Positions 26,470-38,511 of a stretch of 64,000 nucleotides of DNA are shown here, in pieces. The notes beneath the pieces are model-generated. The model was not told the DNA's origin and made no database searches. It worked only from the letters and a program-made list of their open reading frames with translations. A program made the position numbers and the translations under genes. The DNA is from Bugula neritina (Eukaryota; Animalia; Bryozoa). The stretch is from contig OZ037766.1 of assembly GCA_964035545.1 (NCBI GenBank), positions 29,266,640 to 29,330,639 of the forward strand, in the 5' to 3' direction. The first letter of the stretch is position 1, and every line of letters begins with the position of its first letter.

Positions 26470-29400
26470 AAACCAGGTTATTCTCTAGAAACTACTCTAC
26501 CATTGCCCAGCATGATCGCTACCCCAAATCCAGCTGCAGTGCAACTGTAAATAATAAAATGCTATTCTTATGTCAAAGGATTTATGGTTTTTTTATTACA
26601 AGCTGATACTTTACTTAAATGCTTTATAGCAAAACTATTTTACATTATTATTATGCGTAATTTTGAATTTTTGTAATTAGCCAAATAAATTGATGTCTAA
26701 ATTATGGTCATATGTGAGGACTACTATTTAGGCTTCAATGAGTAAAACACTTTCAAAAAGATGAAGTAAAGTATTTTGTTAAAATAATATATCTATATAA
26801 TTATTTTGAGTGATCATGTTATTTGATGACTAGATTTTCACCAGTTAATAAAATGTTTATACAGAAAGTTATAAAAACACATTACTTTTTAGTTTGGTTT
26901 TATTACAGAACTCAAAAACTCTTGAATTATTGACGCGGGCAAACTATTTAATCAGTTATATAAAGCCTGCATGAATTTATAGGTTTTGGCTTAAAGCTTT
27001 AGAAAGGGATTTTCACACATCAGTAAAATAATTTTTTTCAAGTTTGTCTTTGAAAAGACTGGAATCTTCATTCTGAAGTCTCAAATCTGCGTATTTACTT
27101 AAAATGCACGAAGAGGGATTAGAGTTAAACAAACGGAGCACTCATTAAAGCTGATGCTTATGTAACCTCTGCTTCCTATAGTGAGCTATTTTTAGGTCAG
27201 ACTGAGCACACCGTGTCTTTGTTGTGCAACATTTATTGAAGCTAATCTAACAAAATCAGATTTGCATTGCGTAAAACAAAACTTTTCCCATTGAGTTTAA
27301 CAGAAGAATTAGCCGTAACAAAAACTATCTCTTCCTGAGTCAGCAATATCGGAATCCATCGGCAGCAGTTGCCTTTGTTTTTGCAAGAGGATAAAACGTA
27401 GAAGTTTTAAATATTGACTTATGGCTTTAGAAATGCTAGCAGTCCCATTGGAGATATGAATCATATTTAAAAGCTAATAATAAAGGTTAAACTGTATTAC
27501 ATCATCAATTTACATAAAGGTGTTTGGTGCAATTTTGACTGTTTCAAAATTGGACCAACATACTGTAACATTTTACGTTTCTTAAACAGTATATGACCAA
27601 CCTGCTGGCTAAATAAATTTATAAGACCTGAATCTATAATAATGTTATACTGTATTTGCTAGAGTTACACAAGATTATAGGCAAGTAAGTGGCTATATCT
27701 AAAAATAATGCTTTTATGGGAGTTTTATAAACTGCAAATTGTTTTAGTATAGCAATTTTACCAAAGTAATAATAATATTTTGTTTAGCACAAAGAACTTA
27801 GTGAATGCTATTATTAATTTTTCCCTGCTATAGGTGGTAGGGGTTATATTGTTCTGTTTAATAAGGTAATATATTTAGGTCTAGAGCACTTTTGTTATTT
27901 GCCATGAGATTTTCATAATAATTTGCCTCAATAGCGTTTCCAAGCTGTGAAAATGCCTTGCATTTCACCAACAATGAAGCTGTCAAGGCTAGCCAGGCAG
28001 GCGTAAATAAACTAATTAAAAGAAAGTTTGGTGATTTTAGAAGGTGTTTAATGAAGCACTCATTTGTGGCATTCAACTCAGCACATTCAATTTCTGCTCC
28101 AAATCACGGAACATGACGTCATATTCTAACTGAGATGTGCAGCTAAAATTATCTTAATTCTGATTTGTTTGTTCATAAACTGTCTAACAATATAATCGAC
28201 TAGACTAAATAGGTCAGCAACAAAGCACAACTATTTCAATACCAGACCAACACCATCGTATTCAGTAATCTGTTTTCTCAACAATGTTAAATGGTGCATT
28301 GATTACTTTGAAAGAAATTCACAAAGTCTGACTATTTCTATATTTTTTGCCTTTAACCAGACAAATGCTTTGTTTTAGTTATATACTACTTATTCACATC
28401 AACCGTATTCTGTAACCACTCAGCTTATCTTGGGTATTATTATAAAGGTACTAAATGCACTCAATGATTTGATGATTTGAATAATAAGTAACCACTTTTA
28501 CGTAGTAATGCTACTTCTGTACAATATTATTCTGGTAGTGAAAGCTACCTATAATAATATAAATATTACCAAGGCTAGCCAGCATAATATTTTCATGTAA
28601 ACCACTCCACTACATATTGCCTAAGTGTTAATCTATTTTAGAAAAGAATGTTGTTATTTTACTGAAGGTCTGGTTATATTACAGCCAACTTTCAAGATAG
28701 GATATCAATACTGTTCAAGTGGCTAACAAAAGTATAGCTAAGGGGATGAGTGATTCAATTTATTAAATTCCGGTCTTGAATCATTGATAAACAGGTATGT
28801 CATGCCATACCTTTGATTACATGTAATTACCAACCCACCATTGTTTAATTAAGATCACTTACATTGTTTACACACTAGTGATGTCACTAAATTAGGACAG
28901 TTCATTGTTTTCTTTATTATCCCAGCTACTTCATACTGCTGAATAGTAACACTTGATAGTTAAATAGACATCCGTAGGAAATATTGTTTCAAGTTGCAGC
29001 AGTATTAAGCTTGGTGGTATATTGAGTTCTACTGCTTGTAACAAAACTTCGTAGCCCCTGAAGCTGAATTTATGTGCGTAAATAGGTTCAATTTAGCAGC
29101 GGTTTGCATAAACAAATTATTCAACAAATGCATAATAGCATCATTTGTATAAAATCGTACGTATACTAAATGTTACGCTGCTTTGAGTTTAGAAACTATT
29201 TGCTGCAATAATAGTACATTAGGGGGGGAGGGGGCGAGTGGAATACGCCCCTTTCTTGCTGTTTTTATTCATTCTTTAATACCTGCATTAACCTACGTCA
29301 TTGAAAATAATGTTTTTTGTCGTGCGATAAAACTCTTTTGCAAAACTGTATCTGTAAAAATAATGTAGTTTTGGATTCCAATAATTCTGAGATATATGGT

Positions 29401-31258
29401 ACATTAAAATGTAAATGTCTTTGTGTAGATATACACAGAGAACTGCATTTTACTTTGAATTTAAAAGAGTTCAAATAAACGTCATATAAATAGGTCTCAG
29501 CTTTAAAAAATAAATTGATTTTATGTTGGAATTATTTATTAGAATGTAAGCCTGTTAAGATGGATTTTTGATCCACTTTTCGAGTGCGGCACCAGCTACT
29601 AATAATTAAGCAAGACCGTAACAAAAGTCTCCCTTCAAAGCTATATAAATTAGCAGAACTTAATCATCTCTGCAGCTACTAGCCAGCTTGATCCGAAATT
29701 TAATTTGAAAATTGATTTTAAATCATTGAAGGAATAAAGGTACTATCATTTGAAAACTTTTTTTAAAAAAAATTTTAAGTCTGCAAACTTATAATTTTGC
29801 ATAAAGTACGTATTTAAATAAACTATTTTGTTTGTGTTGTGAATCATAAATACCTTAAAAATTTATGAAAAATAGATGCAACTCATATTATGTACACTCT
29901 CTTTTTGATAAGACAACGCAAGTTGCTGAAATAAAACTAGACGGTTTAACTTAGGTTTAGACTTTAGTATGATAATAAAAGATTATAATGCCTAAAGGCC
30001 TGCTGTATACTCATTTTTTGAGGCGTGAGTTGTACCTAAGGCTACATAAAGAAAGAGTGTCAGCAGCTATTAAAATATAGAAAATGTTCAGTCAGTTACG
30101 TAAGAAATAATGTCACACAATTACGTCACATATTTGGCTCTGGGGTGAATGCAAGTCCCATGCAAATAGTAAATAATATGATTAGCATCAATTGCACTTC
30201 AAGTCCATTCGAGATTGTACTGTGGCAACAGAGTTAATTAACAGTAAACATATTAGAATATCAAAGTTGGTAATTGGAAAGTAATTAAAAGTACATAAAG
30301 AAATATCAATTTCTAAAAATAGAGGTAATCATTACAAAAATTCAAACTTGGTTTGAGGCAAGTCACGTGCAGTAGTTGCAGCACTGCATGTGAAGTTATT
30401 TAAAATGCAGAATTAGTTTAGCATTTAGCGTTGCTGCGAGCAATGAAAATAATTTTTTAAAAATCATAATAGACATATGCTAAATAGAAACATTGAGATA
30501 AAGTTTAGTTCTATTAATTTTATACAATATGCATTTGACTTTGACTTTAGAAATTTTACCACACAAAATAAACCGATTTTTTGGAGCTTCATAAAAAAGC
30601 ACGAAAACATATATGTACTAAAACTACTGCAATGCGACAAGTCTTCTTTTACTATATGCTAGTTCTTGTGTATTTTTATTTACATAAATAAAGGAAACAA
30701 TTATGTACTTCTTTACTAATATTTAAGCCATGAGAAAAGTTGAGGTTCACCAGAATAAATAAAAGTTAGAGGGTCTCATAAATGCATAGTTATATAATTA
30801 TAAATGCTTAATCATTTCACTGTTTCACATTGAACAATATTTATGTTGGTTTAATATTGAAATATTATATATAAAAACAATATTTTGCTGCTTTTCTGTA
30901 GTAAAATATTCCAACAATTAGTTTATTAGCAGTTGAATAAATTCATTAACCTGATGGTTTCCATTACATTACAATATTTACAATATATACCTTATAGTAA
31001 TCATATTATAATAGTCCAACATTTTTCACTCATGTGTAGGCGTACTATACATAAAGTATTTCAACAAATATGTGCGTCATATTGGTAAGATATTTGTGTT
31101 TACAAACACAAATTCACTGGTTTATCTGCCATGCACATCCGCATGTGGTATTTGTGGAAGAGTTGAGTACTCTGTCAAGCTAATCTCACGCTGCTAAATC
31201 AATAACCACGCTGTGATATGAAGATATGAAGCAACATCAACAGACGACAACATTTGAG

Positions 31259-31294
31259 TATAAAACTCTGCCTGACAGCGTGTGCAAACTCATT
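31259..31294 (+). promoter_or_regulatory. Putative TATA box (TATAAAA) and Inr-like TCATT for the secreted-peptide gene
   Basis: TATAAAA at 31259-31265 and TCATT at 31290-31294; an acceptor (tttag, ending 31893) just before the ATG implies an upstream non-coding exon. Confidence 0.45.
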
Positions 31295-31909
31295 ATAGCA
31301 GACTACACAACAGCGGCAGCATATCTGGAGAGACTGATGATAACAATATTTTATAGGATATAACGTTATTGAAGGTGATCATTATATCTTAAATCAACTT
31401 TGATGAAGACTCGTGTAAATTATAATTTTGTTCACCTGTTTTTATTGAGTATTTAGGTTGCTGTCATAGGGGCACTAGACTTTCAAATGCCAATGTAAAG
31501 TTGTAATTATTTTTAAATTAAAATATGCTGGGAAGTTACTGTGAAATATTGCTTAGACATGTTTACTTTGAGTAATTTTATATTTTATTAATCGCAAAAA
31601 TGCCTTTAGTTTCAAATTTTTATTTTTTTCAAATCAATACCACAGCAATCTTTTACATAGGTGAAATTTCTAAGTATTTCAACGTAAATTGAATTATAAG
31701 TCAAATGCACTTAAATTTTTAAAAGTATTTTGCATCTTGGGAACTCTAATTTAGCTTCTTTGCCTTGTCAATTTAAAATAAAAAATATTGGAAATGAGAA
31801 ATGTAGTGAAAATTGCTAAACTATATTATACTTATTAGTTTAATTTTTGTTCAAAGTATTTTATTCACTATACCAATTAATACTTATATTTAGTTTTACA
31901 AAGAAGATC

Positions 31910-32825
31910 ATGGCAAGCAGAACGTTGGCAGTATTTGCAGCTCTTCTGGTCATAGTTGGCTTTGCATCAGCCAGTTTGACTACGAACTTAGAGTCACTTG
32001 AAGAAGAGGTATGAATCAGTTCTCAGTTTAAACTTCATGTATTAAAATTTTATCCCCTTCAAAAGTAATCAATAATTAATAGAGTTTGTTAGTTTTTAAT
32101 CTTATTGATGTGCGGCTAAATCAGATATACTGCAAATTTATTATGGAATAAGCAAATTAACTTTTCATATTACCTTTAATCGCCTTTGATCTGTGCTGAC
32201 AGTTTAATGTATTGATTAATTATTGAACTTCTTAATTCTATGTTAACAGCTCTTCATAGTTGATTTTCTTATTAAAATATCAGGCTAAATTAAAATACAC
32301 ATGGTGGGAATGCAGCATATTTATATACTAATCATTAAGTGTAGCATGCAATGGTGTGCTTTGCAATAAGCAAATATGTATACATGCAGCTCTGATTCAA
32401 ATAATAAGCACAGCATGGCATTCAGAACAAATATAGCATTTCTTTACATTATACCATTTTAAATTCTAACAGTAATAACATTAAGGAAACTACAATTAAA
32501 CTTCTTTAAGTTACATACGTAATAATATAACCTGTTTATGTGCAGATCGATGGCTAATAACTTTGTATATGGGTGTATCGTTTGTGAAACAAGAAAAACA
32601 AGCGATTTTGATTTATTTTAGGAAAACATGATTGTATCAGAGATATCTGAGCTAAGAAAAGCATGTGAAGGCAGCTGCCGGGCTCTTGAACTGGACAGAT
32701 GTATTATGAATGGTGTCGGCAAAAAAGTTATCTTCTACTGCATCAGTCCAGACGTGGCAGAGACCAGAAGACTATACTGTGAAGAAAAGTGTGCCGAGAA
32801 ATATGAGTACTTGAGACGAAAGTAA
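31910..32825 (+). CDS. Small secreted cysteine-rich prepropeptide (100 aa), family not recognised
   Basis: Exon 31910-32008 (MASRTLAVFAALLVIVGFASA-SLTTNLESLEEE; signal peptide; GTATGA donor) splices in phase 0 to 32622-32825 (ENMIVSEISELRKACEGSC...CEEKCAEKYEYLRRK*); AATAAA follows at about 32930. Confidence 0.8.
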
Positions 32826-33350
32826 TAGTTGAATCGTTTATCATGTCCTATTAGTTTTTCTGCTAAATATTTTGTTGTGGTACTTTTCAAAAGTATAATG
32901 TTATAAGTTATGTAATTGTTCTTATATTTAATAAATAAATATAAACACTACAGTTGATATTTGAAACTGCTTTAAACATTGCTCTGTAAGTAATAATATT
33001 AACTTTTTTAATGTTTAACAGTGCAATCCTTTTGGCAGCTCTGAATAAAGTTAAGGTGGGCAACTTTACATACACATTTTAAATTGCATTTTAAATTTAA
33101 AAAAATTTACATATAATATTTTAAATACAGCATAATTCATGAGCAATGTAAAAACTATCACAAGATAATGTTATATAATTTAAACATGGCAAAACCTACT
33201 ACAGCCATAAAAATTATATCACTTTCTTACCACAAGTTCTATTTCTTAGCTACTATAGCTCAGCATTGCAGTGTTGAGAATAACCAGCAGGCTCTGTAAT
33301 GCAATAGTTCATCAGTTTGCAAGGCTGAGGTTTGAGTTTACAAATTCTAG

Positions 33351-34050
33351 TGTAAAGGATCTAACAAAGAAGCATGATAGCCCTTGTTACAAATACCACT
33401 AGAACTTTTATTTTTAGCCTTTAATGGTGATATTTGTTATTATTAGATAGTTCATTCTCCTGTGCAGCAGTCAGCTGCCTAATAATAGGTAAAGCCTAAC
33501 CGCCACCTTTGTTGAAGTCAGCTTTTAGGGTTTGACAGGAACTGATCCATCTTCCTTTATGAGGTCATTACATGTGCCCCATAGTTAGCTGACCATAATT
33601 ATAGCTAAATTTAGATGTAATTACCTTTTCTTTGTGATTGCCCTGGTATTTAAGGCAGCATTGAAACTCCAAAAAGACAGTCACTCATGTAGCCTAAGCT
33701 GAGCTACTTATTTTGTTAAGTTAAGTGACAAAGAGCTAAATTTTGAAGATATTATAGCAAGCTCGTCAAGAGAATAAAGGTATTTTATTATTATTCTTTG
33801 CTATTTTTAACTTGATAATGCTTTATGTCTTTTGTTACAATTTTTATTGCTGTTATATTTTAATATTATATCGTGATGTTTGCTGGTATTTGAACAACTG
33901 TATTGTATGAGTTTTAGCACACCTATATGTATTCTTTATGTTACTTGTAGTTTTTACGATTTAGAAGAAAATTAATAAAAGTGAGAGATTTGTTAAAACT
34001 TCTTCTCAGTCCGTACCAAAACCATTTTCGTGGCGAGACCTTGCTCAACA
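33351..34050 (+). repeat. 5' LTR (700 bp)
   Basis: Starts TGTAAAGG and ends CTCAACA; by eye differs from the 3' LTR only at 33442 (A) vs 38603 (G); TATA-like 33924-33928, AATAAA 33974-33979. Confidence 0.97.
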
Positions 34051-34594
34051 GTAAAAACTTTATCTCAAGTGGTGAAGCAGTAAAACGCTGCTTCCAAGTG
34101 GTGGTGAGAGAATAAAGATTCCTTTCCAAGTGGTTGTGAGAGTCGGCAGTGAAGTCCTCGTCTCCAACTAGAGATAGCAGTCCGTCAAGTTCCATTTCGC
34201 AGCATTTTCCCTACTACCTACCCACTCCTTTCCAAGAAGTCGTACCTTCAGCCAAGAGGACAATTTCAGCATTAACATTAACATTCCATTTAGAATTAAT
34301 TGAAACCTCCATTCATTCCGGAAGTAGAAGAAGGGGTGAGCAATTATATTCTTAAATACCAGGCAATCTAGGGCTTATAGTAACTTAGTATAGGAGTATT
34401 ATTTGGTCCCTTTGTTGTATTGCATGTGATGACCTTGCATTGAGGGTGAGGTCGGTTCCTTGTTAATTGTTGAAATTAATTAGTTGGCATTTTCTGGTGG
34501 TGTTAGGTTGATGAATTCATAGGTTAGGAAAATTGCTTAGTAATTACTTGACAAATTAGTTGTAACGTTTTAAGTGGTGTTTGAAACAAAAATC

Positions 34595-37500
34595 ATGTCT
34601 TCTATACATAGTGGTAGCCGCATTTCTGAAACTAGGAAAAGTAGCAGAACTAGGGGTTTATCTGAAAAGGCTCAAGAAAATGAGCTGGTAAAAGGATTAA
34701 AGTCTGTAAATTCTTGTATCCGTAAATGTAACAAGCTGTTGAAAAGTCAACCAGTTAATAATCCAGAAAATATTTCTGAGATGCAAAGCGCAGTTTTAGA
34801 AGCTCAAACCGAGCTGCATGTTCTTGGCAATTTACCAACTAGCAGTAGTAGTGAAGATCTTAGTGAGGTAGCTAAGCAAGTAGAAACAATGGCTAAAGTT
34901 CTTGAATCTATGCAAAAAGGTACTGAAATTGATCAAGGGCAACACAGTGCCTCACCTCCTCTTGAAGTTCAAAGCCCTAAGCATTCAACTAAGGCTAGTA
35001 GCATTTCCGCTAAAAGTAATAGGTCAATTCGAGTGGTTAAGAATAAACTTGCAGCAGCAAATGTTGATATAGAGTTAGAAACTTTAAGAAAGCAAGCACA
35101 GTTGAAAGCACAAATAGATGCAATGCAATTAGAATTGCAAGCTAGCGAATTAGAAGCCAAAAAGCAAAGAATTATGGTTAGGCGTGACGTATTAGAAGAA
35201 TATGATGTAGATGAGAGGGAGGAAATAGAAGACGCTCTTGATGTAATTTCTTTGCATGGCGACCCAATCATTCCTCCTCTCGAAAGAGTAGCTGTAGGTG
35301 AAAATTTGAATGTTATAGCACCTAGTTTAAACAATGAGCATCCAGCAATAGGTAACGGGCAGTCTTTGAGCAGTAACAATATCAGTGATATACATGTCCT
35401 TGCAGATTCTATAATTAAAGCTATGCATGTAAATCGTCTCCCCATACCTGAACCACCAGTTTTCTGTGGCAACCCTCTTGAGTATGCTGATTGGGAAATT
35501 TCCCTTAGAACTCTTATTGAGAGAACTAATATTCCTGAATCTGATAGAATTCATTATTTGAAAAAATATGTGGGAGGTAGTGCAAGGGAGGCAATTAGTG
35601 GATATTTCCTACTAAATTGTGATGATGCATATTGTAAGGCAAAGGAAATTTTACGTGAACGTTTTGGTTCTAGCTATACAGTAGCTGAATCCTTTAGAAC
35701 AAAACTAAATAATTGGCCTAAGATCAAACCGCATGACAGAATTTCTATTCAGAAATATTCAGATTTCTTGTGCCAATGTGACGCTGCCATGCTTAGATTT
35801 GATGAGTTAAATATTCTCAATGATTCCCAGCAAAATAAATCCATGTATGAAAAACTTCCTGAGTGGATGTCAAGTAGGTGGAAAAGGAAGTTAACGCAAT
35901 TTAGAAAGGCAAATGGTGCTTATCCAAAGTTTGGCTTGTTTGTAGAGTTTGTAAAAACTGAATCTGATATTATTAATGACCCTGTGACAGCTAGTGTGGA
36001 CCATGCTGATAGGATAGATGCTAAAAGACCAATAAGCAGCAGTTATAGTAAACCAGTGGCTAACACACGTGTAACTTCTCTTACATCAAGCAAGCACTGT
36101 ATATTTTGTGACATGAGTAACCACGAAATTGATGAATGCTTCAAGTTTGGCAAGTTGTCAGTACATGAAAGAAAGCAGTATGCAAGTAGATATAGGCTTT
36201 GTTTTCAATGCCTTAAGGCAAATCACATCAAGGCTCAATGCAACAAAGTATGTATCTGCAAAAAGTGCCAAGGCAAGCACCCCACTAGCATGCATTATGG
36301 TAGTACACGTGACAATGCAGGGAATATTGGAAGGTCTCCGTCTAATAGTGGAAGTTATACCCAAGATGATGGTCATTATAGTAGCAAAGTTACTAGCAAA
36401 AGCAGTGTAACCAATGATAAAGGAAATGTAGCATCAAACATAGATAGTGCTAGCAATGCAAACAACTGTAGTACTGTAAGAGCTAATTCTGGCCTGAGTT
36501 CCATGGTAGTGCCAGTCTGGCTGTGTGATGCAAGTGCACCCGAAAAGGAAATCTTGGTATATGCTATGCTTGATACCATGTCTGACACTACCTTTATTAC
36601 AACTCAAGCAGCAGATTGTTTAAATGCACCAGGTGAAGCAACCTCATTAAAACTTACAACTATGAATGGCACTAAAAGCTCAAATGAATGCTGTAGGTAC
36701 AGTGGTTTGATGGTTCGTGGGTATAACAATGCTGACAAAATAGCTATTCCTTGTGCATATTCAACTAAAGTTATTCCCCTTGACAAGTCACATATTCCAT
36801 CTGCCAAAGTAGCAAATGCATGGCCTCATTTGCAGCAAATAGCACATGAATTCCCAAGTCTTGAAAATGTACCAGTTTCTATGCTAATTGGTTATGATGT
36901 GTCTAAAGCACTTATGCCACAGCAGTTAATAGTAGGATCTCATGACACTGACCCATTTGCTGTTAGAACACCTCTAGGGTGGTGCATTGTGGGAAATACC
37001 AGCTACCCTGGCAGTAAGCAATTTAGCACGTGCTGTAGGACAGTAACCTTGACCAATGAGCATGCATGCAAAAATGAACAGACAGCTGTAACCTTTGATT
37101 GTGCTACTGCAAACTCAAGCAAGCAAATATTGCCTCAAAATGTACTTGAATTGCTACAGCAAGACTTCATGGAAAATCAAACTAGAGCATGCACAACTAT
37201 GTCACAAGAAGATAAGCTATTTGTTTCCAAATTAGAAGCAGGTATTGAGCAAAATGAAGGGGGTTATATCACCATGCCTTTGCCATTTAAAACTGATGCC
37301 AAGCCCTACCTACCCAATAACCGCTTGATGGCTGAAAAGCGACTTGAGTCACTTAAGACTAAACTTAGCAAGAATGAGCACTTGAAGCAGGATTATTTAA
37401 AATTCATGAATGACGTAATTGATGCTGGTGATGCTGAGCTAGTGCCAGAGTGTGAAAAATCTCAAAACAACAGTACATGGTACATACCACATTTTGGTGT

Positions 37501-38416
37501 CTATCATCCCAAAAAACCAGGGAAAATCCAAGTAGTTTTTGATTGTAGTGCTAAATATGCAAACTTGTCTCTCAATGACCATCTTATTCAGGGCCCTGAC
37601 CTAATGAATAGGCTGGTAGGTGTTCTACACAGATTTAGAAAAGGCCAAGTAGGGATTATGTGCGACATACAGAAAATGTTCCACATGTTCAAAGTTCACA
37701 AAAATGACAGAGACTACCTTCGGTTTTTATGGTACACTGATGCTAGTTTAACAAAAGTAGCAGAGTACAGAATGACTGTACATTTGTTTGGTGCGACATC
37801 TTCACCAGGATGCGCCACCTTTGGTTTACGTTACTTGGCAAATAAAAATCACGATGCAAACGATGAACACAGTGTTAGAGCTAAAGATTTTATAATCAAT
37901 GATTTCTATGTTGATGATGGATTATTGAGCTCAAATTCAGTAACAGACAGGCCACTAATATCTCAAACAGATGAAAGTTACCCAATGCCACTAACTCCCA
38001 ACCAACTATTAACTATGAAGTCCAAAGTAGTGTTGCCTCCTCCTGGTCAATTTGATGAACAAGATGTATACTGTAGAAAACGTTGGAGAGTAGTTCAAGG
38101 GTTGGTAAATCAATTTTGGAAACGTTGGCGCACTCATTATTTGCAACAAATTCAATCCAGGCCAAAATGGTTGAAAAGGGCTGCTAACATTGCTGTGGGA
38201 GATGTAGTACTTTTAGTTAGTGATGACAAAAACAGGCGAGATTGGCCATTAGGCAGAGTAGTGGAAGTATTTCCTAGTGATGACAACTTAGTTAGGAGAG
38301 TTAGGCTTAGCATAGCTGATGCAGAAAAGTTAGACAGAAAGGGTAGAAGAATAAAATCAGAAACACAGCTTGAGAGGCCAATTCAAAAACTAATCTTCTT
38401 GTTTAGGCCCTCCTAA
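34595..38416 (+). CDS. BEL/Pao Gag-protease-truncated RT fused in frame to the integrase C-terminal tail
   Basis: Gag (PEPPVFCGNPLEYADWE), three Cys/His knuckles (CIFC..H..C, CFQC..H..C, CKKC..H..H), protease LDTMS, RT motifs (WYIPH, DIQKMF, HLFGATSSP, FYVDD), then directly RPL..PLTPNQLL..RWRVVQ..FWKRW..WPLGRV..ERPIQKL. First ATG at 34595. Confidence 0.93.
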   Translation: MSSIHSGSRISETRKSSRTRGLSEKAQENELVKGLKSVNSCIRKCNKLLKSQPVNNPENISEMQSAVLEAQTELHVLGNLPTSSSSEDLSEVAKQVETMAKVLESMQKGTEIDQGQHSASPPLEVQSPKHSTKASSISAKSNRSIRVVKNKLAAANVDIELETLRKQAQLKAQIDAMQLELQASELEAKKQRIMVRRDVLEEYDVDEREEIEDALDVISLHGDPIIPPLERVAVGENLNVIAPSLNNEHPAIGNGQSLSSNNISDIHVLADSIIKAMHVNRLPIPEPPVFCGNPLEYADWEISLRTLIERTNIPESDRIHYLKKYVGGSAREAISGYFLLNCDDAYCKAKEILRERFGSSYTVAESFRTKLNNWPKIKPHDRISIQKYSDFLCQCDAAMLRFDELNILNDSQQNKSMYEKLPEWMSSRWKRKLTQFRKANGAYPKFGLFVEFVKTESDIINDPVTASVDHADRIDAKRPISSSYSKPVANTRVTSLTSSKHCIFCDMSNHEIDECFKFGKLSVHERKQYASRYRLCFQCLKANHIKAQCNKVCICKKCQGKHPTSMHYGSTRDNAGNIGRSPSNSGSYTQDDGHYSSKVTSKSSVTNDKGNVASNIDSASNANNCSTVRANSGLSSMVVPVWLCDASAPEKEILVYAMLDTMSDTTFITTQAADCLNAPGEATSLKLTTMNGTKSSNECCRYSGLMVRGYNNADKIAIPCAYSTKVIPLDKSHIPSAKVANAWPHLQQIAHEFPSLENVPVSMLIGYDVSKALMPQQLIVGSHDTDPFAVRTPLGWCIVGNTSYPGSKQFSTCCRTVTLTNEHACKNEQTAVTFDCATANSSKQILPQNVLELLQQDFMENQTRACTTMSQEDKLFVSKLEAGIEQNEGGYITMPLPFKTDAKPYLPNNRLMAEKRLESLKTKLSKNEHLKQDYLKFMNDVIDAGDAELVPECEKSQNNSTWYIPHFGVYHPKKPGKIQVVFDCSAKYANLSLNDHLIQGPDLMNRLVGVLHRFRKGQVGIMCDIQKMFHMFKVHKNDRDYLRFLWYTDASLTKVAEYRMTVHLFGATSSPGCATFGLRYLANKNHDANDEHSVRAKDFIINDFYVDDGLLSSNSVTDRPLISQTDESYPMPLTPNQLLTMKSKVVLPPPGQFDEQDVYCRKRWRVVQGLVNQFWKRWRTHYLQQIQSRPKWLKRAANIAVGDVVLLVSDDKNRRDWPLGRVVEVFPSDDNLVRRVRLSIADAEKLDRKGRRIKSETQLERPIQKLIFLFRPS

Positions 38417-38511
38417 ATTTGATACGTGCCCTAAATGAATTAGAACCTACTGAAAGTTAATTTTTTTGAATCAGTTTAGTTAATTTCCCTGAGTGAAATT
38501 AAAGGGGGGAG

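Noticed and set aside
34070-34090. TGGTGAAGCAG as a tRNA PBS
   Set aside because: About 20 nt from the LTR end, too far for a canonical PBS; no tRNA match that I can recognise.
34969-36807. Antisense and alternative-frame ORFs within the retrotransposon
   Set aside because: Shadows of the long gag-pol frame with no motifs.
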